The notes beneath the pieces were generated by a model. The model was not told the origin of the DNA. It ran no database searches and worked only from the letters and a program-made list of their open reading frames with translations. 64,000 bases of DNA, taken from NCBI RefSeq assembly GCF_009914755.1, contig NC_060934.1, one strand, 5' to 3'. This document shows, in pieces, positions 43,782 through 57,874 of this stretch. Source of the stretch: the human T2T-CHM13v2.0 reference genome, Homo sapiens. Position 1 is the stretch's first letter. Each line of letters begins with the position of its first letter. A program made the position numbers and the translations under genes.

Positions 43782-44150
43782 TAGCAGTCCCCTCTTATCC
43801 GTGGTTTCACTTTCCGCAGTTTCAGTTACCCATGGTCCAATGTGGTTTGAAAATATTGAGTGGAAACTTTCAGAAGTAATTCATAAGTTTTAAATTGCAT
43901 GCCATTCTGAGTAGTGTGATGAGATCTCCTGCTGTCCAGCTTCATCCACCTCATCCTGCCCAGGATGTGAGCCATTCCGTTGTCCAGCGTGTATCCGCAA
44001 TGTATACACTACTCGTGCATTCGTCACATGGTAGCTGTCTAGGTTATCGGATTGAGAAAACAGTATTTATTGGGTTCGGTACTATCTGTGGTTTAAGGCA
44101 TCCTCGGACGGGGCTTGGAACATACCCCTTGTAGATAAGGGGGCACTACA
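43782..44150. mobile_element. MER44/Tigger-type MITE
   Basis: Terminal inverted repeats agcagtcccctcttatcc ... gataagggggcacta. Confidence 0.7.
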
Positions 44151-44589
44151 TTTCAGAGCTTTTTTAGCATGGGGAGAGAGGAATGGTTTGATGATGGATG
44201 TTAATTTTCTTTTTGAAATTTCAATTGAACAGTGCTTTTTTCCTTAGAGATTTTTTTTCTGTCACTACAACATTGATCTTTGTGTTATACTTTTTATTAT
44301 AATAATGCTAATCGTGAAGGCTTTGGTTCCTGCTTCATTTTTTTTTAAAGTGAAATTTTAATTAAAACACCATTTATGATAGGAAGCCATCATGAAACTT
44401 TTTGATTACTAAAAGATTGGTTTTGAGAGAGACATAAAAATTTTGAGAGAAAAAATTAACAGAAGACATGGGGGTTGGGAGCAAATTATGTATTTGCTGT
44501 GGTTAATGATTCTAATCTATATATTGGCTTATTGTATTCTGATTTTGTAAAAGAGCAGTGACATATAAATTCTACTATTTTTATTATGA

Positions 44590-44880
44590 TTTATTATTAT
44601 TATTTTTTAGCTTTGTTGTCCAGGCTGGAGTGCAGTGATGAATTATAGCTCACTGCAGCCTCGAACTCTTGGGCTTAAGAGATCCTTCTGCCTCAGCTTC
44701 CTGAGTAGCTAGGACTACAGGGGCAAGCTACCATGTCTGGCTAATTTTTAAAACTTTTTTGTAGAGACAGGGTCTTGCTATGTTTCCCAGGCTAGTATTG
44801 AACTCCAGGCCTCAAGTGAACCTCCCGCCTTTGCCTCCCAAAGTGTTGGGATTATAGGTATGAGTCTCCTTGCCTGGCCT
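44590..44880 (-). mobile_element. Alu (AluJ-like), antisense
   Basis: ctttgttgtccaggctggagtgcagtg...cccaaagtgttgggattatagg. Confidence 0.85.
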
Positions 44881-45036
44881 AGATTCTATTTTTATATGCG
44901 ATCAATGTATGTAGCATGTCTTTGTCTTGTGCTAAGTGGGGATTATTAACCACTTAGAATATAAAATTGTACAACAATTTCACTTGTTTATTTGCATTTT
45001 GTTTTTTATAACTCTTACTCCCTTTTCCCCTCAAAG

Positions 45037-45150
45037 GAGAACTGTGTTTATGAAACTGTAGTTTTGCCTTTGGATGAAAGGGCATTTGAGAAGACTTTAA
45101 CACCAATCATACAGGAATATTTTGAGCATGGAGATACTAATGAAGTTGCG
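45037..45150 (+). CDS. PDCD4: PDCD4 coding exon 4 (start of N-terminal MA3 domain)
   Basis: caaag|gagaac ... gcg|gtaggt; ENCVYETVVLPLDERAFEKTLTPIIQEYFEHGDTNEVA. Confidence 0.97.
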
Positions 45151-46876
45151 GTAGGTTTAAAGTTGCAAGTATAATTTATTTAATATAGGAGAGAAGACAT
45201 CTTTTATAAGCAAAATACATCTACAATGATCTTGGGTCACTGAATAAATTTAATCATTTTCTTTTGCATAAGTGAATTTCTAAGAAATGGAATAAAATCT
45301 CATTACATTAAAACAGTTATATATTTGGGATGTGATGAGAGCTGTGTGCCATTTTGTTCTCTGAAAAATGACACAATATTTTTATAATTTTTATAATTAT
45401 AATTTGTAATGTATATGAATTTATAAAATCTGTTTTTATAATTTATAAAATATAATTTTAGCAGTTTGAGGGCACTTCTAGACGCCCCCCGAAACCTCTT
45501 CAGGGATCTCAGTTAAGAATGCCTGACATAGTTTCATTTTTTTGACATTTATTTCACGTATGTTCAGAAGTAGGATAAAATCTTTTTGTACTTTGTCCAA
45601 AAAAAACCCCACAAATAATAAAGATTTGAAAAAGAATATACAGAAGCCATGAGAATAATCATGATTTGTTCATAAAGTAAATCTAGGATAAAATAAAACC
45701 ATTGGTCTAGTTAGGATTATCAAATTAAAGTAATACAATTGTAACTCTTTAGAAGACTTTGATCATTTAGATTCTTAAAATTTAGACTGGACTTTTATGA
45801 TTTGTCTGATACTGTGAGGTTTGATATCTTTGGATTTGTAGGATTTGAATATAAGACAAATATTTGTTCAGTGCATACCATCTGGAGGAATTTGTAATAG
45901 GTGATTCTTGCCCTTTTGAAGCCCAGTCAAGTGAAAGAAATGATATGTAAACAGATTATTAAAATATGTGAAACGTTCTGTTATAGAGGAAAAGTTTCCA
46001 TGAGTCCTATGAGGGCAGGGACTGTTGAAATCTTGTTAATCTACCTAGCATAAGATCAATTGTATACTATGTATCTGTTAACTGAGTACTGTTTGGAAAG
46101 CATAAAATAGAGAGTAATAGTAGAGATGATTCTCTGCTGTCTGAAGGATGTTGAGGAGTTCGCCAGTTAAGATAGTTTTCCAGGAAAGAGGAGTATTGTG
46201 TTTGAGGGTAGTGGATTAGTTGTTAAAGTGCGGTCAAGGAAGATGAAATGCAGTCAGTGAGAAGAGATTACTAACAAGGACACCAGTTACGTGGCTGTGA
46301 AAATAGTTTTGGCACTCTCTTAGTAGTATATCATGATTTAAAGATTCTAAGAAAACTTTCATTAAAGAGGAGGGCACTCTAACTGAATTAGAACTTAGCT
46401 TCTAGAGTCAGACTGCCTTTATTCCACTTTCAGTTTGGCTACTCCAGCTGTGTGCCCTCTCTCCTTTGAGTATGATAGGTGTGATAATTTAATACTCAAA
46501 GGGCTATTTGAGTATTAAATAAGATAATATAACTAAAGAGGCTATTATAATGCCTGATACATTAGTCAATAAGTATTAGCTGCAGCTATTATATTTCTAA
46601 AAGGAAATTTTAAATTTACCCCAGAATCTTAAACCAATAATCCCATTTAAAAACAGTTGTTTAAGATCTCATTTTAAACTTGATACAAAAGTGTGAAGTG
46701 AATTTTTATTTCAAGAGAAGTCTTTGAAGAAAAGTAGAATATAAATAGCTTATGATAATCTAAAATGAATTTTTCCACAAATTCTCATAAAACAATATTT
46801 ATAGTAATAATAGATTGTAAGGCAGGTTAGTTAACTCCTAATACCAATCTCAGCAATATTATGTAGTTTAATGAAC

Positions 46877-47188
46877 TAGCCATGAGCTGCATAATGACGT
46901 TTCCATGACAGACTGCATATATACCTTTGGTCTCATATAATACTCTTTTTACTGTATCTTTTCTGTGTTTAGATAGGTAACCACTGTGTTAACAGTTGTC
47001 TACAGTATTCAGTATAGTAACATACTATACAGGTTTGTAGCCCGGGAGCAATAGGTTATACCATGTAGCCTACATGTAGGCTCTGCCATTTAGGTTTGTG
47101 TAAGTACACTCTATAATGATTGCACACTGATGAAATCACCTAAATGGTGAATTTCTCAGAATGTATCTGTGTCGTGACCCATGACAGT
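46877..47188 (+). mobile_element. Tigger3-type MITE
   Basis: ccatgagctgcataatgacgtttcc...ggtttgtgtaagtacactctat...tttctcagaatgtatc...catgacagta; similar to the copies at 52369 and 63406. Confidence 0.65.
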
Positions 47189-47448
47189 ATTTTAAAGGTA
47201 TTTCACATTTTTGAATTTAGTGATGTTAAGGCAGTTAAAGCTTGACAAAGTGGATCAATGTCTGATTTATGCACAGGGAAAGGTGTGTTTATCCTATCTT
47301 CTAAAACATGACTGGGTCTTTTGATTATTTCCAAAGAGTGAGACGTAGAGATATATAGATAAAAGCTCAATTTTTCAAAAATAAAATTTTATTGAACTAT
47401 AGGTAGTGATACACTTTTAAAATGTTTTTAAATTATTTTTTTGAACAG

Positions 47449-47670
47449 GAAATGTTAAGAGATTTAAATCTTGGTGAAATGAAAAGTGGAGTACCAGTGT
47501 TGGCAGTATCCTTAGCATTGGAGGGGAAGGCTAGTCATAGAGAGATGACATCTAAGCTTCTTTCTGACCTTTGTGGGACAGTAATGAGCACAACTGATGT
47601 GGAAAAATCATTTGATAAATTGTTGAAAGATCTACCTGAATTAGCACTGGATACTCCTAGAGCACCACAG
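47449..47670 (+). CDS. PDCD4: PDCD4 coding exon 5
   Basis: aacag|gaaatg ... acag|gtttgt; EMLRDLNLGEMKSGVPVLAVSLALEGKASHRE...DTPRAPQ. Confidence 0.97.
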
Positions 47671-48752
47671 GTTTGTATGATTCTTCTTTTTGTTCATTCC
47701 CTCCCACTACTATATTCCTAATTGTGGAAATAATGTATACTCCTAGGAAATTTTAGTAGATGGAAGGGGATGGCCAACATTTCCTACGACACCGAAATAT
47801 TCCGCTAGCATTTTGATGTATTTTTTCCTAGTTCTTTTGTTTTTTAAACATGGTCTTCATCATGCTATAAATTTAATGTTATCTTGTACTTTTCCCCTAT
47901 GATCTGCATAGTTTTTAGGTAATTTTTTTTTTTTTGCCATATATATAGTCTTTGTTATATGTAGTTGTTTTATTAGCTAAGATTTTTAAAAAATGTAGGT
48001 TATGATTGAATGCTTCACTAATGTTTATTATAAGAAGTCATAAATAAGACTCTTCCCTTTTGTAGCTTTGAAAATGTGAAATTGTTGCTATTGTCAAAAG
48101 TTTTTAATCAAGGTAAAATCACTTTACTTAAAACATTAATTTAGAAATAGAATATAGGCATGTCAGTTCCTAAATGCTGTTTCTGTTAAACTTAATGACA
48201 GACAATACTCGGTATGAGATATTAAGTGGTGATTCTAATGCAGACATTTTTTCCTTTTATACCAATACACATACTTTAAGAAAATGATTACATAAGTTTA
48301 TATTTATTGTAGAATTTTTGAAAAATAAAAGCCAGAAAGAAGAAAGGCCAGCAAAAACTGCTACTGGTGTTAAGTTTTCCATTCTCCTTTCTGTGGGTAT
48401 ATATCAATGTATGGCTTCTATAAATCCTTAATTTTTTAAAATTAAAAAAATGGAATCATACCATTATGCTATTTTATAAACTTGATTTTTCTCATACCAT
48501 AAAATATGGTAAATATCTTTCCCTGTGGCCACATAGTATACCATTTTATGTGTATACCATTTAACCATACCTTTATTTTTGGACACCAATTTCCAGTTTT
48601 TATAATAAGTAATGCTGTGAACATACTTTCAACTATTTCTATACAACTTTTTTTCTCCACAAGATAAATTCCTTTGATTAGTTTTTGAGAGAACCTAGTC
48701 CTTTTTTTTTGTTTTGTTTTAAGAAGAGAGGACGTCACTTGACCTTAAATCA

Positions 48753-49040
<288 letters not shown>

Positions 49041-49315
49041 CTATGTATTCAGGCAGTGTGCAAGGTGTTAGGGATTCATTAGTGAGCAAAACAGATGTGG
49101 CCCCCACTCTGGCACTTAACTTGAAGGTTAAGATGTGGGAGTGTATGCCAGGCATAACAGGTACTACATAGGTTTTTTTTTAAAAAAAAATTCCAGCATC
49201 TTTTAGGTACTGACTGTGTACTTCAGCTAATCTTCATCATTTATGTATTTAGAAATTGTGACCTATAAAAGTTATTTAACTTTTTTTATAGCTCTTTTTT
49301 TTTTCCTTTTTACAG

Positions 49316-49413
49316 TTGGTGGGCCAGTTTATTGCTAGAGCTGTTGGAGATGGAATTTTATGTAATACCTATATTGATAGTTACAAAGGAACTGTAGATT
49401 GTGTGCAGGCTAG
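49316..49413 (+). CDS. PDCD4: PDCD4 coding exon 6
   Basis: tacag|ttggt ... ctag|gtaagt; LVGQFIARAVGDGILCNTYIDSYKGTVDCVQAR. Confidence 0.97.
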
Positions 49414-50338
49414 GTAAGTAAATCACTTTTCCTACTTAGAATTTCAAAATAGGGGAAAATTCTACAGGATCCTATTGAAATGACACTTGTGTTAATCAGA
49501 CACTCTGTACATCTGTTTGTCACTTCTCTATATTCTCCACTGTTAAAATGGAGAGACTATTGGCATGATATACCAGGAAGAGGACAGTACTATAATGGAA
49601 AAGTTCTGGAGTTTAGCTAAATCATTAATTACCTTCATGTCAAGCCACTCTTCTTTGGGCCTCAGTTTCTTTATTTATGAAACAAAACCATTGGACAGAT
49701 CTTTAAGTTCTGTTTTCAGGTTCTAGCATTGTGTAATAGTTTAATATTCTAATAAGATGGATAACCTTAAGAAGAGAGGCCTGATTTATAGTTTTATTTT
49801 GTATTTATCTACTGTAGAAATCTTAGTCAGAAAGTATCTTTTTCACTCTTGTGATTTAGTATAATTAATATGATATTTGGTATAACTAAATGTGATATTT
49901 GGGAGTTATGCTATTTGATTTTTCTTAACTTCTTGGAGACTTGGACTCAGCCATGTCTTAGTTTTCCTCAGGTCTATATATTAACTTAATTTTCTAGGGC
50001 TACTTCACATCATAGTGGAATGGTGTCCCTGGGTAGGAAGGCATGGATCTAGGTGAAAGTTAATTATATGTGAAGTGTTCCTTCTCAGTGTAGATCAGTT
50101 ATTTTGTAATGTGTTTTGATTTTTCTTGAATGAGAAATGAAATAGAGCATGAGAATATTAACATGAGGATCAACTTCTTTTTGCTCCTTTTTGTTTTGAA
50201 AAAGTGTTTTGAATTTTATTTTGCTTTTATGTTATGTGAAAGATTTAGGGCATATAGGATTTTGTCAGCTTTATCCCTAATTTAGTAAACTTTAGGTATG
50301 TCCAGCTATCAAACTTAAATTTTTTTCTTTCTCTGTAG

Positions 50339-50453
50339 AGCTGCTCTGGATAAGGCTACCGTGCTTCTGAGTATGTCTAAAGGTGGAAAGCGTAAAGATA
50401 GTGTGTGGGGCTCTGGAGGTGGGCAGCAATCTGTCAATCACCTTGTTAAAGAG
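50339..50453 (+). CDS. PDCD4: PDCD4 coding exon 7
   Basis: tgtag|agctg ... gag|gtaatg; AALDKATVLLSMSKGGKRKDSVWGSGGGQQSVNHLVKE. Confidence 0.97.
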
Positions 50454-50898
50454 GTAATGATTGGGTATTGTTTTTAACTTAATTTATATGTATTCCTCTG
50501 AGTGAAATAAATTGTGGCTACTAGCTGGTATTTTTATGGACAAAAATTAAGTTCGGTCTTACAGCTGCAATTGGAAAATGAAATAATTTTTTTAATATGT
50601 GGCTTTATAACCTTTTATTATAAATTATATGATTAAAAAATGAGTCTGTTAAAATGGCTTTCATGAATAATTATAAGCAAGCCATCTATGAACTTCAAAG
50701 GAATGCCTGAAATCTTTTTCTTATAGTATTATTTAATAATTTTCAAATGCTGTTGAAATGAGATTTTCTGTGTTTTAGCTATTCAATAAATACGCTTTTA
50801 TATGAGCAATTTAAAACTAGATAGTCTTAAATAATGAGTTATGAATTATGAGCACTAGAGCAGATCAGAGTGTTAGATTTTTGTGAGGACATTCACTA

Positions 50899-51224
<326 letters not shown>

Positions 51225-51634
51225 TTAAAATGCCAGATTTATTCCCTATGGATTTTTTTTTTTTCTGGCTGCAATGTGGTGTCCTATAACAAGAAACCAA
51301 AAAACAGAAAAAACTCCTTATCTGCAGATCTCTTTAAGAAAAGGCATGCAACTAGAAGATTTGTAGTTCATGTGCTTCTGATTTTTGAGTATAATCTTTT
51401 CATGTAACTACAATTTTGATTTTTAGTAAGTCTTTTAATGAGGTGTGTGTGTGTGTTTGTGTATGTGTATCTAGCTTAAGTGTTAAGGAGTTCAAATTGT
51501 AGTTAGAGCCTTGACTGTTTTTGCTTTTATATATGTTAAAATAGATGAGTCAGTGTTTGTAATGTCGTGATTGCAGTATCTGTTTTTTAAAAATTAAACA
51601 ATTATTAGAAAAATTGAGGTATAAAAATAGTCAA

Positions 51635-52110
51635 GATGCCAGGGCAATTAGGCAGGAAAGATAAAAGGCATCCAGATTGGAAAGGAGGAGATAAAACTAG
51701 TTGTATTCCCAGATAACATGATCTGTATACAGAAAATTTGAATGAATCCACATTTTTTAACTCCCCAAAACTGAAACCAAACTATTAACTAAAAAATGAG
51801 TTCAGAAAGGTTGCAAGATAAAAGATCAGTACACAAAATTCAATTCTCTATACAGTAGAAATGAATGATCTGAAATGCAATTATTGCATTTGTGATAGCA
51901 TCAAAAATAAAATACTTAGGAATAAATTTAACAAGACAAATGCAAGTCTTGTACACTGAAAACTGCAAAACAGGTTGAAAGAAATTAAGGAAGACCTAAA
52001 TAAATAGAATGATATCCCATGGTTATGGATGAGGATACTTAATATTGTTAAGATGGTAATACTCTCCAAAATTAATATTTTTGGAAACTGGACAAGCTGT
52101 TTTATGGTGT
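51635..52110 (+). mobile_element. Old L1 ORF2 fragment
   Basis: gcaattaggcaggaaagataaaaggcatccagattggaaagg...aaaatacttaggaataaatttaac...aaagaaattaaggaagacctaaataaat. Confidence 0.75.
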
Positions 52111-52368
52111 GTGAATTCTCTCTCAATAAAGAAAATTGACAAGATAAAAATGGAAATAAAACTGCCAGTATATGAGTTTGAGGTTGACATTATTTGGATA
52201 TTTGCTTACATGGAAGGGTTGGATCAAAGAAGACTTTTAGAAATGTATAAATGTATTTGTAATTTATCATTCTCAGAAGTGCATGGAATTTGATGGGGGA
52301 TATTTTTAATACTTCTAAAGTTATGTAACAAATGTTAAAAGTAAGTAATATAATTTGAATAACAAGTA

Positions 52369-52953
52369 CAGTCACGTGCCACATAATGATGTTTTGGTCA
52401 GTGATGGACTGTGTGGGATGGTGGTGGTCCCATAAGGTTATAACGGAGCTGAAAAATTCCTATCGTTGAGTGATATGGAGGCAGTTGTAATGTTGTAGCA
52501 CAGTTACTTTATTTTTTCATAAATTTAATGTAGCCTAAGTATACAGTGTTTATAAAGTGCATAGCCAGTGTATGGGTAATGTCTTAGGCCTTTACATTCA
52601 CTAACCACTCACTCATTGAATCACCCAGAGTAACTTCCATCCTGAAAGCTCTATTCATATTGAGTGCTCTATACAGGTGTATCATTTTAAAAATCATTTA
52701 CACTGTTTTTTATTGTACCTTTTCTATGTTTAGATACACAAATACCATTGTGTTCCAATTGCCTATATTATTCAATATAGTGACCTGCTGTACAGATTTG
52801 TAGCCTAGGAGCAATAGGCTATACCATATAGCACTGGTGTGTAGTAGGCTATACCATCTAGGTTTTTGTGAGTATACTCTATGATGTTTGCACCATGACG
52901 GAGTCATCTAACACACTTTTCAGAATGTATCCCTGTTAAACGATGCATGACTA
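52369..52953 (+). mobile_element. Tigger3-family non-autonomous DNA transposon
   Basis: ta|cagtcacgtgccacataatgatgttttggtca...ggagctgaaaaattcc...cagaatgtatccctgttaaacgatgcatgact; TIR-like ends. Confidence 0.75.
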
Positions 52954-53875
52954 TGCATTAGTTTGTAATTGTAAAAATACCCAAATGCTATGCTTTAAAT
53001 ATTTACTTACATGTAAATATTTAAATACATATTTACTTACATGTAAATATTATATCCTAAAGCATGACAGCAATTAAATTTTACTTTACCTTTTATGAAA
53101 ATATCTTATAGAAGTTGGAAGGATACTTAAATATGATTTTTTTAATTCAGTCAGCCAACATTCAACATTCAGGCAACTAGATATGTGCCCACCAAATACA
53201 AAGGGGATTTTAACAAATAACATATAGGGAAAAATATTCCTAGTTGAAACTCTTGTGCTGAAAAAGTTCTCCCACTTTTTTGAGATGTTCAAGTTTGAGC
53301 GGGAAAATCAAGACTTGTCTCTTTAGCTACAGCTGGAAACTGAATTATTGAACATTTTAGATAATGAGTTTCAAATTCTCAGTTGTAGAGAAAAGAGAAA
53401 CTATGTGGAAATCTTTGCCCTCTCTAGTAATGCCCCATTATCATCTCTCATTTTTTGGCTCTCAGTGCACTATTAAGAGCGTCTTGATAGAAGTGAAATA
53501 TTTTGTGCCACTTTATGTTGAAACTTTGTTAGTGCCCTCTAGTGGTATTTAAAATCCCTTATTTTTAGTGGCACACTAGAGCATTATGGTCACAACCCAG
53601 GACGCATGCATTATAAACCTATTCGTAGATCTCAGTGATTCAGACACACTGAAGCATTGCATTTGAATCATAATTATGAACCATTTAAAAATTGGGGATT
53701 TATTTTTTAATTATGAAAAATTCTGTTGTAATAGTACCACATCCAATGTATATGTTATTAGCTGTTTGTTACCCACTATTTCATTATATTGGAATGAGGG
53801 CAAATAATCCTGTAGGCAAGCACGATATTTTAAAAGTTAGGAATTCTGACACATCTCAACTTTTAAATCTAATAG

Positions 53876-53983
53876 ATTGATATGCTGCTGAAAGAATATT
53901 TACTCTCTGGAGACATATCTGAAGCTGAACATTGCCTTAAGGAACTGGAAGTACCTCATTTTCACCATGAGCTTGTATATGAA
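53876..53983 (+). CDS. PDCD4: PDCD4 coding exon 8 (C-terminal MA3 domain)
   Basis: aatag|attgat ... gaa|gtaaga; [36 protein letters not shown]. Confidence 0.97.
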
Positions 53984-54196
53984 GTAAGATTACCTTGCCA
54001 TGTCAAAGATAATTATTAAGTGTTCCTTTTTGTACTGTAGCGACTTATGCTTTTTAAATAATGTACATCCTTTTTTTAATATCAAAGGAGGAAGTGGTTA
54101 TTAAATTTCTACGATTACAGAAGGCATCTAGGTGCATTTTAGGAGCAGTTTCATATATGAATTAACCAAAAATTCACTCATTGATTCAATTTTTAG

Positions 54197-54307
54197 GCTA
54201 TTATAATGGTTTTAGAGTCAACTGGAGAAAGTACATTTAAGATGATTTTGGATTTATTAAAGTCCCTTTGGAAGTCTTCTACCATTACTGTAGACCAAAT
54301 GAAAAGA
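54197..54307 (+). CDS. PDCD4: PDCD4 coding exon 9
   Basis: ttttag|gctatt ... aga|gtaagt; AIIMVLESTGESTFKMILDLLKSLWKSSTITVDQMKR. Confidence 0.97.
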
Positions 54308-54849
54308 GTAAGTATAACATTGTTTTTGAACAACTTGTAGGATTATGTCTTAAATATATGATTGAATACAGATTATGAATTGTCAGTGAAATTTTCTTTA
54401 GGTATGTTTAGTGTTAATATGCCTATATGTTTTGTTTTTTCTTAATGGTAATGTTTGAGGTTTGAACCTTTTGCAACCATTTTTTGGAAAGTAACACTGC
54501 AGTGTTTTTTTTTTTTTTTTTACCTACTTTAACAAATGTAATTATGTATTCTACCTCAAGGGTTCGGTTTCTAAGATGTGACAATTTCTATTTTATATCT
54601 AGAGAGAAACATGAACCTTTAACTTTTAACAAATTATAAAGTACTTTTTTCCTATTAAAAATTTTATGATTATTGTTTTAAATGTTTGTGAGGTTTTTGT
54701 TTGCCTTGTATTTTTTTAAAAAGGTAGTAAGTGTAAATAGAGAAGTAGATGGGAAAGGAGTTTGCCCAATGTCTGATGTCTGCTTACAGCTCTTTTAAGA
54801 GAACAGTATTTAAAAAAAATTTTTTAGCTATGTAACCAGTTTTACTTAT

Positions 54850-55546
54850 TTTTTTATTTATATTTTTAATTTTAGATATCAGAGGGGTATATGTACAGGT
54901 TTGTTAGATGGGTGTTTTGTGTGATGCTGAGGTTTGGGCTTCTAATTAATGATCCTGTCCCTCAGGTAGTAAATATAGTACCTGATAGGTAATTTTTCAA
55001 CTCTTGTCCTCTTTCCTACCTCCCCACTTTTGAAATTCCCAATGTTTATTGTTCCCATCTTCATGTCTGTGTGTACCCAATGTTTAGCTCTCACTTACAA
55101 GTGAGACCATGCATTATTTGGTTTTATGTTTGTGATAATTTTCTTAGGATAATGGCCTCCAGCTGCATCCACGTTGCTGCAAAGGACATGATTTTGTTCT
55201 TTTTTATGGCTATGTAGCATTCCATGGGCGTATATGTACCACATTTTCTTTGTCTAATCCACCATTGATGGGCACTTGGATTGATGCCATGTCTTTGCTG
55301 TTGTGAATAGTACCCGATAAATATACAAATGCAGGTGTCATTTTGGTAGAATGATTTATTTTCCTTTGGGTATACACCCAGTAATGGGATTGTCGGGTTG
55401 AACGGTAATTCTATGTTGAGTTCTTTGAGAAATCTCCGAACCACTTTCTACAGGGGCTGAACTAATTTGCATTCCCACCAACAGCGTATAAACCTTCCCT
55501 TTTCTCCTCAACCTTGCCAATGTCTGTTATTTCCTGACTCTAATAA
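54850..55546 (-). mobile_element. Older primate L1 (L1PA/PB) 3' fragment, antisense
   Basis: Reverse complement of L1 3'UTR and ORF2 end (minus ORF 55124-55444: RFLKELNIELPFNPTIPLLGVYPKE...MSFAATWMQLEAIIL); 11-bp direct repeat AAGAGAACAGT at 54797-54807 and 55547-55557. Confidence 0.88.
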
Positions 55547-55732
55547 AAGAGAACAGTTGTAAAACACTGTAACAAATCTACTTTCTGTGCTTCTCACGAT
55601 TCAAATCTGACTTCAGTTTAACCATTTGAATATTTGGCCTTAAATACAAATTGATGACATAGTGATGGATTGTGTTTTATGACATTTATTTTATATGGGC
55701 TAACAATTCTGCATGTAATTTCATTGTTGTAG

Positions 55733-55872
55733 GGTTATGAGAGAATTTACAATGAAATTCCGGACATTAATCTGGATGTCCCACATTCATACTCTGTGCT
55801 GGAGCGGTTTGTAGAAGAATGTTTTCAGGCTGGAATAATTTCCAAACAACTCAGAGATCTTTGTCCTTCAAG
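55733..55872 (+). CDS. PDCD4: PDCD4 coding exon 10
   Basis: tgtag|ggttat ... caag|gtactt; GYERIYNEIPDINLDVPHSYSVLERFVEECFQAGIISKQLRDLCPS. Confidence 0.97.
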
Positions 55873-57812
55873 GTACTTTATTTAAATACTACTTTCTCAA
55901 TGTAAAATAGTGGATGAGATCTTTGGGAAGGTTAACTGCTAAGTTAGTTTATCGTTCCCTGAAGTCACTGAAGAACGTGACTCTTGTGAGTTCATGGAGA
56001 AAGAAGGGCGAAGCTTGTTTTAGCCCCCTTGTAAATCTGTACAGGACTGCCTCATGAAGTCCTAGTTTATTTGAAAGAAACTAATCTTGTGGAGCAGGTC
56101 CTTTGTTGTAAGTAGTTTCAGTGTTTAGAGTAGGTATTATCAGTGATAAGATGAGAAAATTGAGGCTTAGGGAGGTATAATGTACTTTTTCTAAGGTCAC
56201 ATGGCTAGTACATGGTAGAAGCCAAGTATGAATTCAGGACTTTTCTGGCTTCAAAGATCTAGGCTCTTACCTGTACTGGATGTGGCTTCCTTGACTTCTT
56301 TACAGGTTGGAGAATTAGGGCTAATTGGATGTTCTCACTAGAAAGTGTGTGTGTTGGGGGGTGTGTGGAGGATGTTCTCACTGGAAAGTGTATGTGTGTG
56401 GGTGATTTTCCTTGGAGCTATTAATATTTTTGCTACTAGTTGGTAAGTTTTTTTGTTGTTGTTAAAGCTAATAATGAAGCTTATAATGTAATAATATAAA
56501 TGTTTAGTAATAGCTAAACTTTTTGCTTGTGTGGGTCAGTTTTATATAATCTTAAGTTCTTATAATTTTTTATCTGGAAAATTTCTTAAGCTTTGATATT
56601 TTTAAGTGCATTGTAAGAATTAAAAGTCAGAAAAATATTTCCTGGTAGGGGCCTTTGCTTTAGAATTTTAGAAGCCATTAAAAGAGAGGGAAAAGAAAGT
56701 GATGAAAGATAGTTTAATAGCTTTACTAGAAATGTTTGGAAATACAGACGTTAGCTTGGTGATGGCAGGATTTATGTATGGATGTGCCAAGTGATATACA
56801 TCAGTAAAAACTCTGAACTTTGGCCTTCTTATTATTGACTGCTTTTTCATTCCCTACCTTGGTCTCATACAGTCTGAAGCCTTTATGTTCAAGATGATGT
56901 AGCTGTTTTCCACTTAGACTTAATATGAAAAGGGGCCAGTACCCTGGCATTGGCTTTTTGAAAGTTTTTCAGCCTCTGTTTGAAAGTCTGATTGTTTCTG
57001 TGTGGCTTTATTCTCAAGGGTCACATGAGGCAATAAACTTTCTGTGTATACATACCATACAGCTTTGACTTGGGTCCTTCATCTTTTAGCCTATTTGGGT
57101 AAGGTGCACATTTGTGTGTGGTTTTGCATGCTTGTGCCTATTGGCCTGGGGTCAGAGAGTAAGGGCTAATGTTGCCTAAGTTCTATTTCCCACTTACTGC
57201 TTTAGGCCACTGGCCAGCTGTTCCTTCTGGGCTGTTGCCACTACATGTAGGTAAGAGTGTGGTTACATTATAGAGCAGGGCTTCTTGAGTTTGACAAAGC
57301 ACGAATCCCAAAATGGGGCATAGGCTGTAATTCTGATTTTTTTCCACATTCAAGTTATGGCTTTTCTACAGTTGATAAAACATTTTTTTTTAAATTGCCA
57401 AACATGGATATTTTGATAGGTTGCACAGCTCCAGTTTGCATAATTCTGAATTATGTTAGTGTTTCCTATTTGGCTTACTGTTAAGCTTACAAATAATAAT
57501 TAGAAATTAATTAGAAATAATTTTAAATTTCTAAATAAAATGTTTTAGTTTGAGTCAACTTTTTTTAATGTGACTCTGTTTGGATAGTGAACTTATTAAA
57601 ACAAAAACTCAGATTTGATATTGATGTTTTATGCTAAGATATATAGTAGGGAGTCTTTTCCAAAGGAATTAGAGGCATGCTTTTTTTTTTTAATGGAAAA
57701 CCCTTTAAAAGCTAACACGTAACGAAAAAATACCAAGTTTTTAATTTTTTTATATATTGACTATAGTCAGAATTTGTATCTGTTTTCATGTCTTTTTTTT
57801 TCTTCATTACAG

Positions 57813-57873
57813 GGGCAGAAAGCGTTTTGTAAGCGAAGGAGATGGAGGTCGTCTTAAACCAGAGAGCTACTGA
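57813..57873 (+). CDS. PDCD4: PDCD4 last coding exon (RGRKRFVS457 kinase motif; stop TGA 57871-57873)
   Basis: ttacag|gggcaga; RGRKRFVSEGDGGRLKPESY*; summed CDS 1410 nt = 469 aa + stop. Confidence 0.97.
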
Positions 57874-57874
57874 A

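Noticed and set aside
44992-47721. ORF-track entries 44992-45174 and 47422-47721 as separate proteins
   Set aside because: They are PDCD4 exons read through into flanking introns
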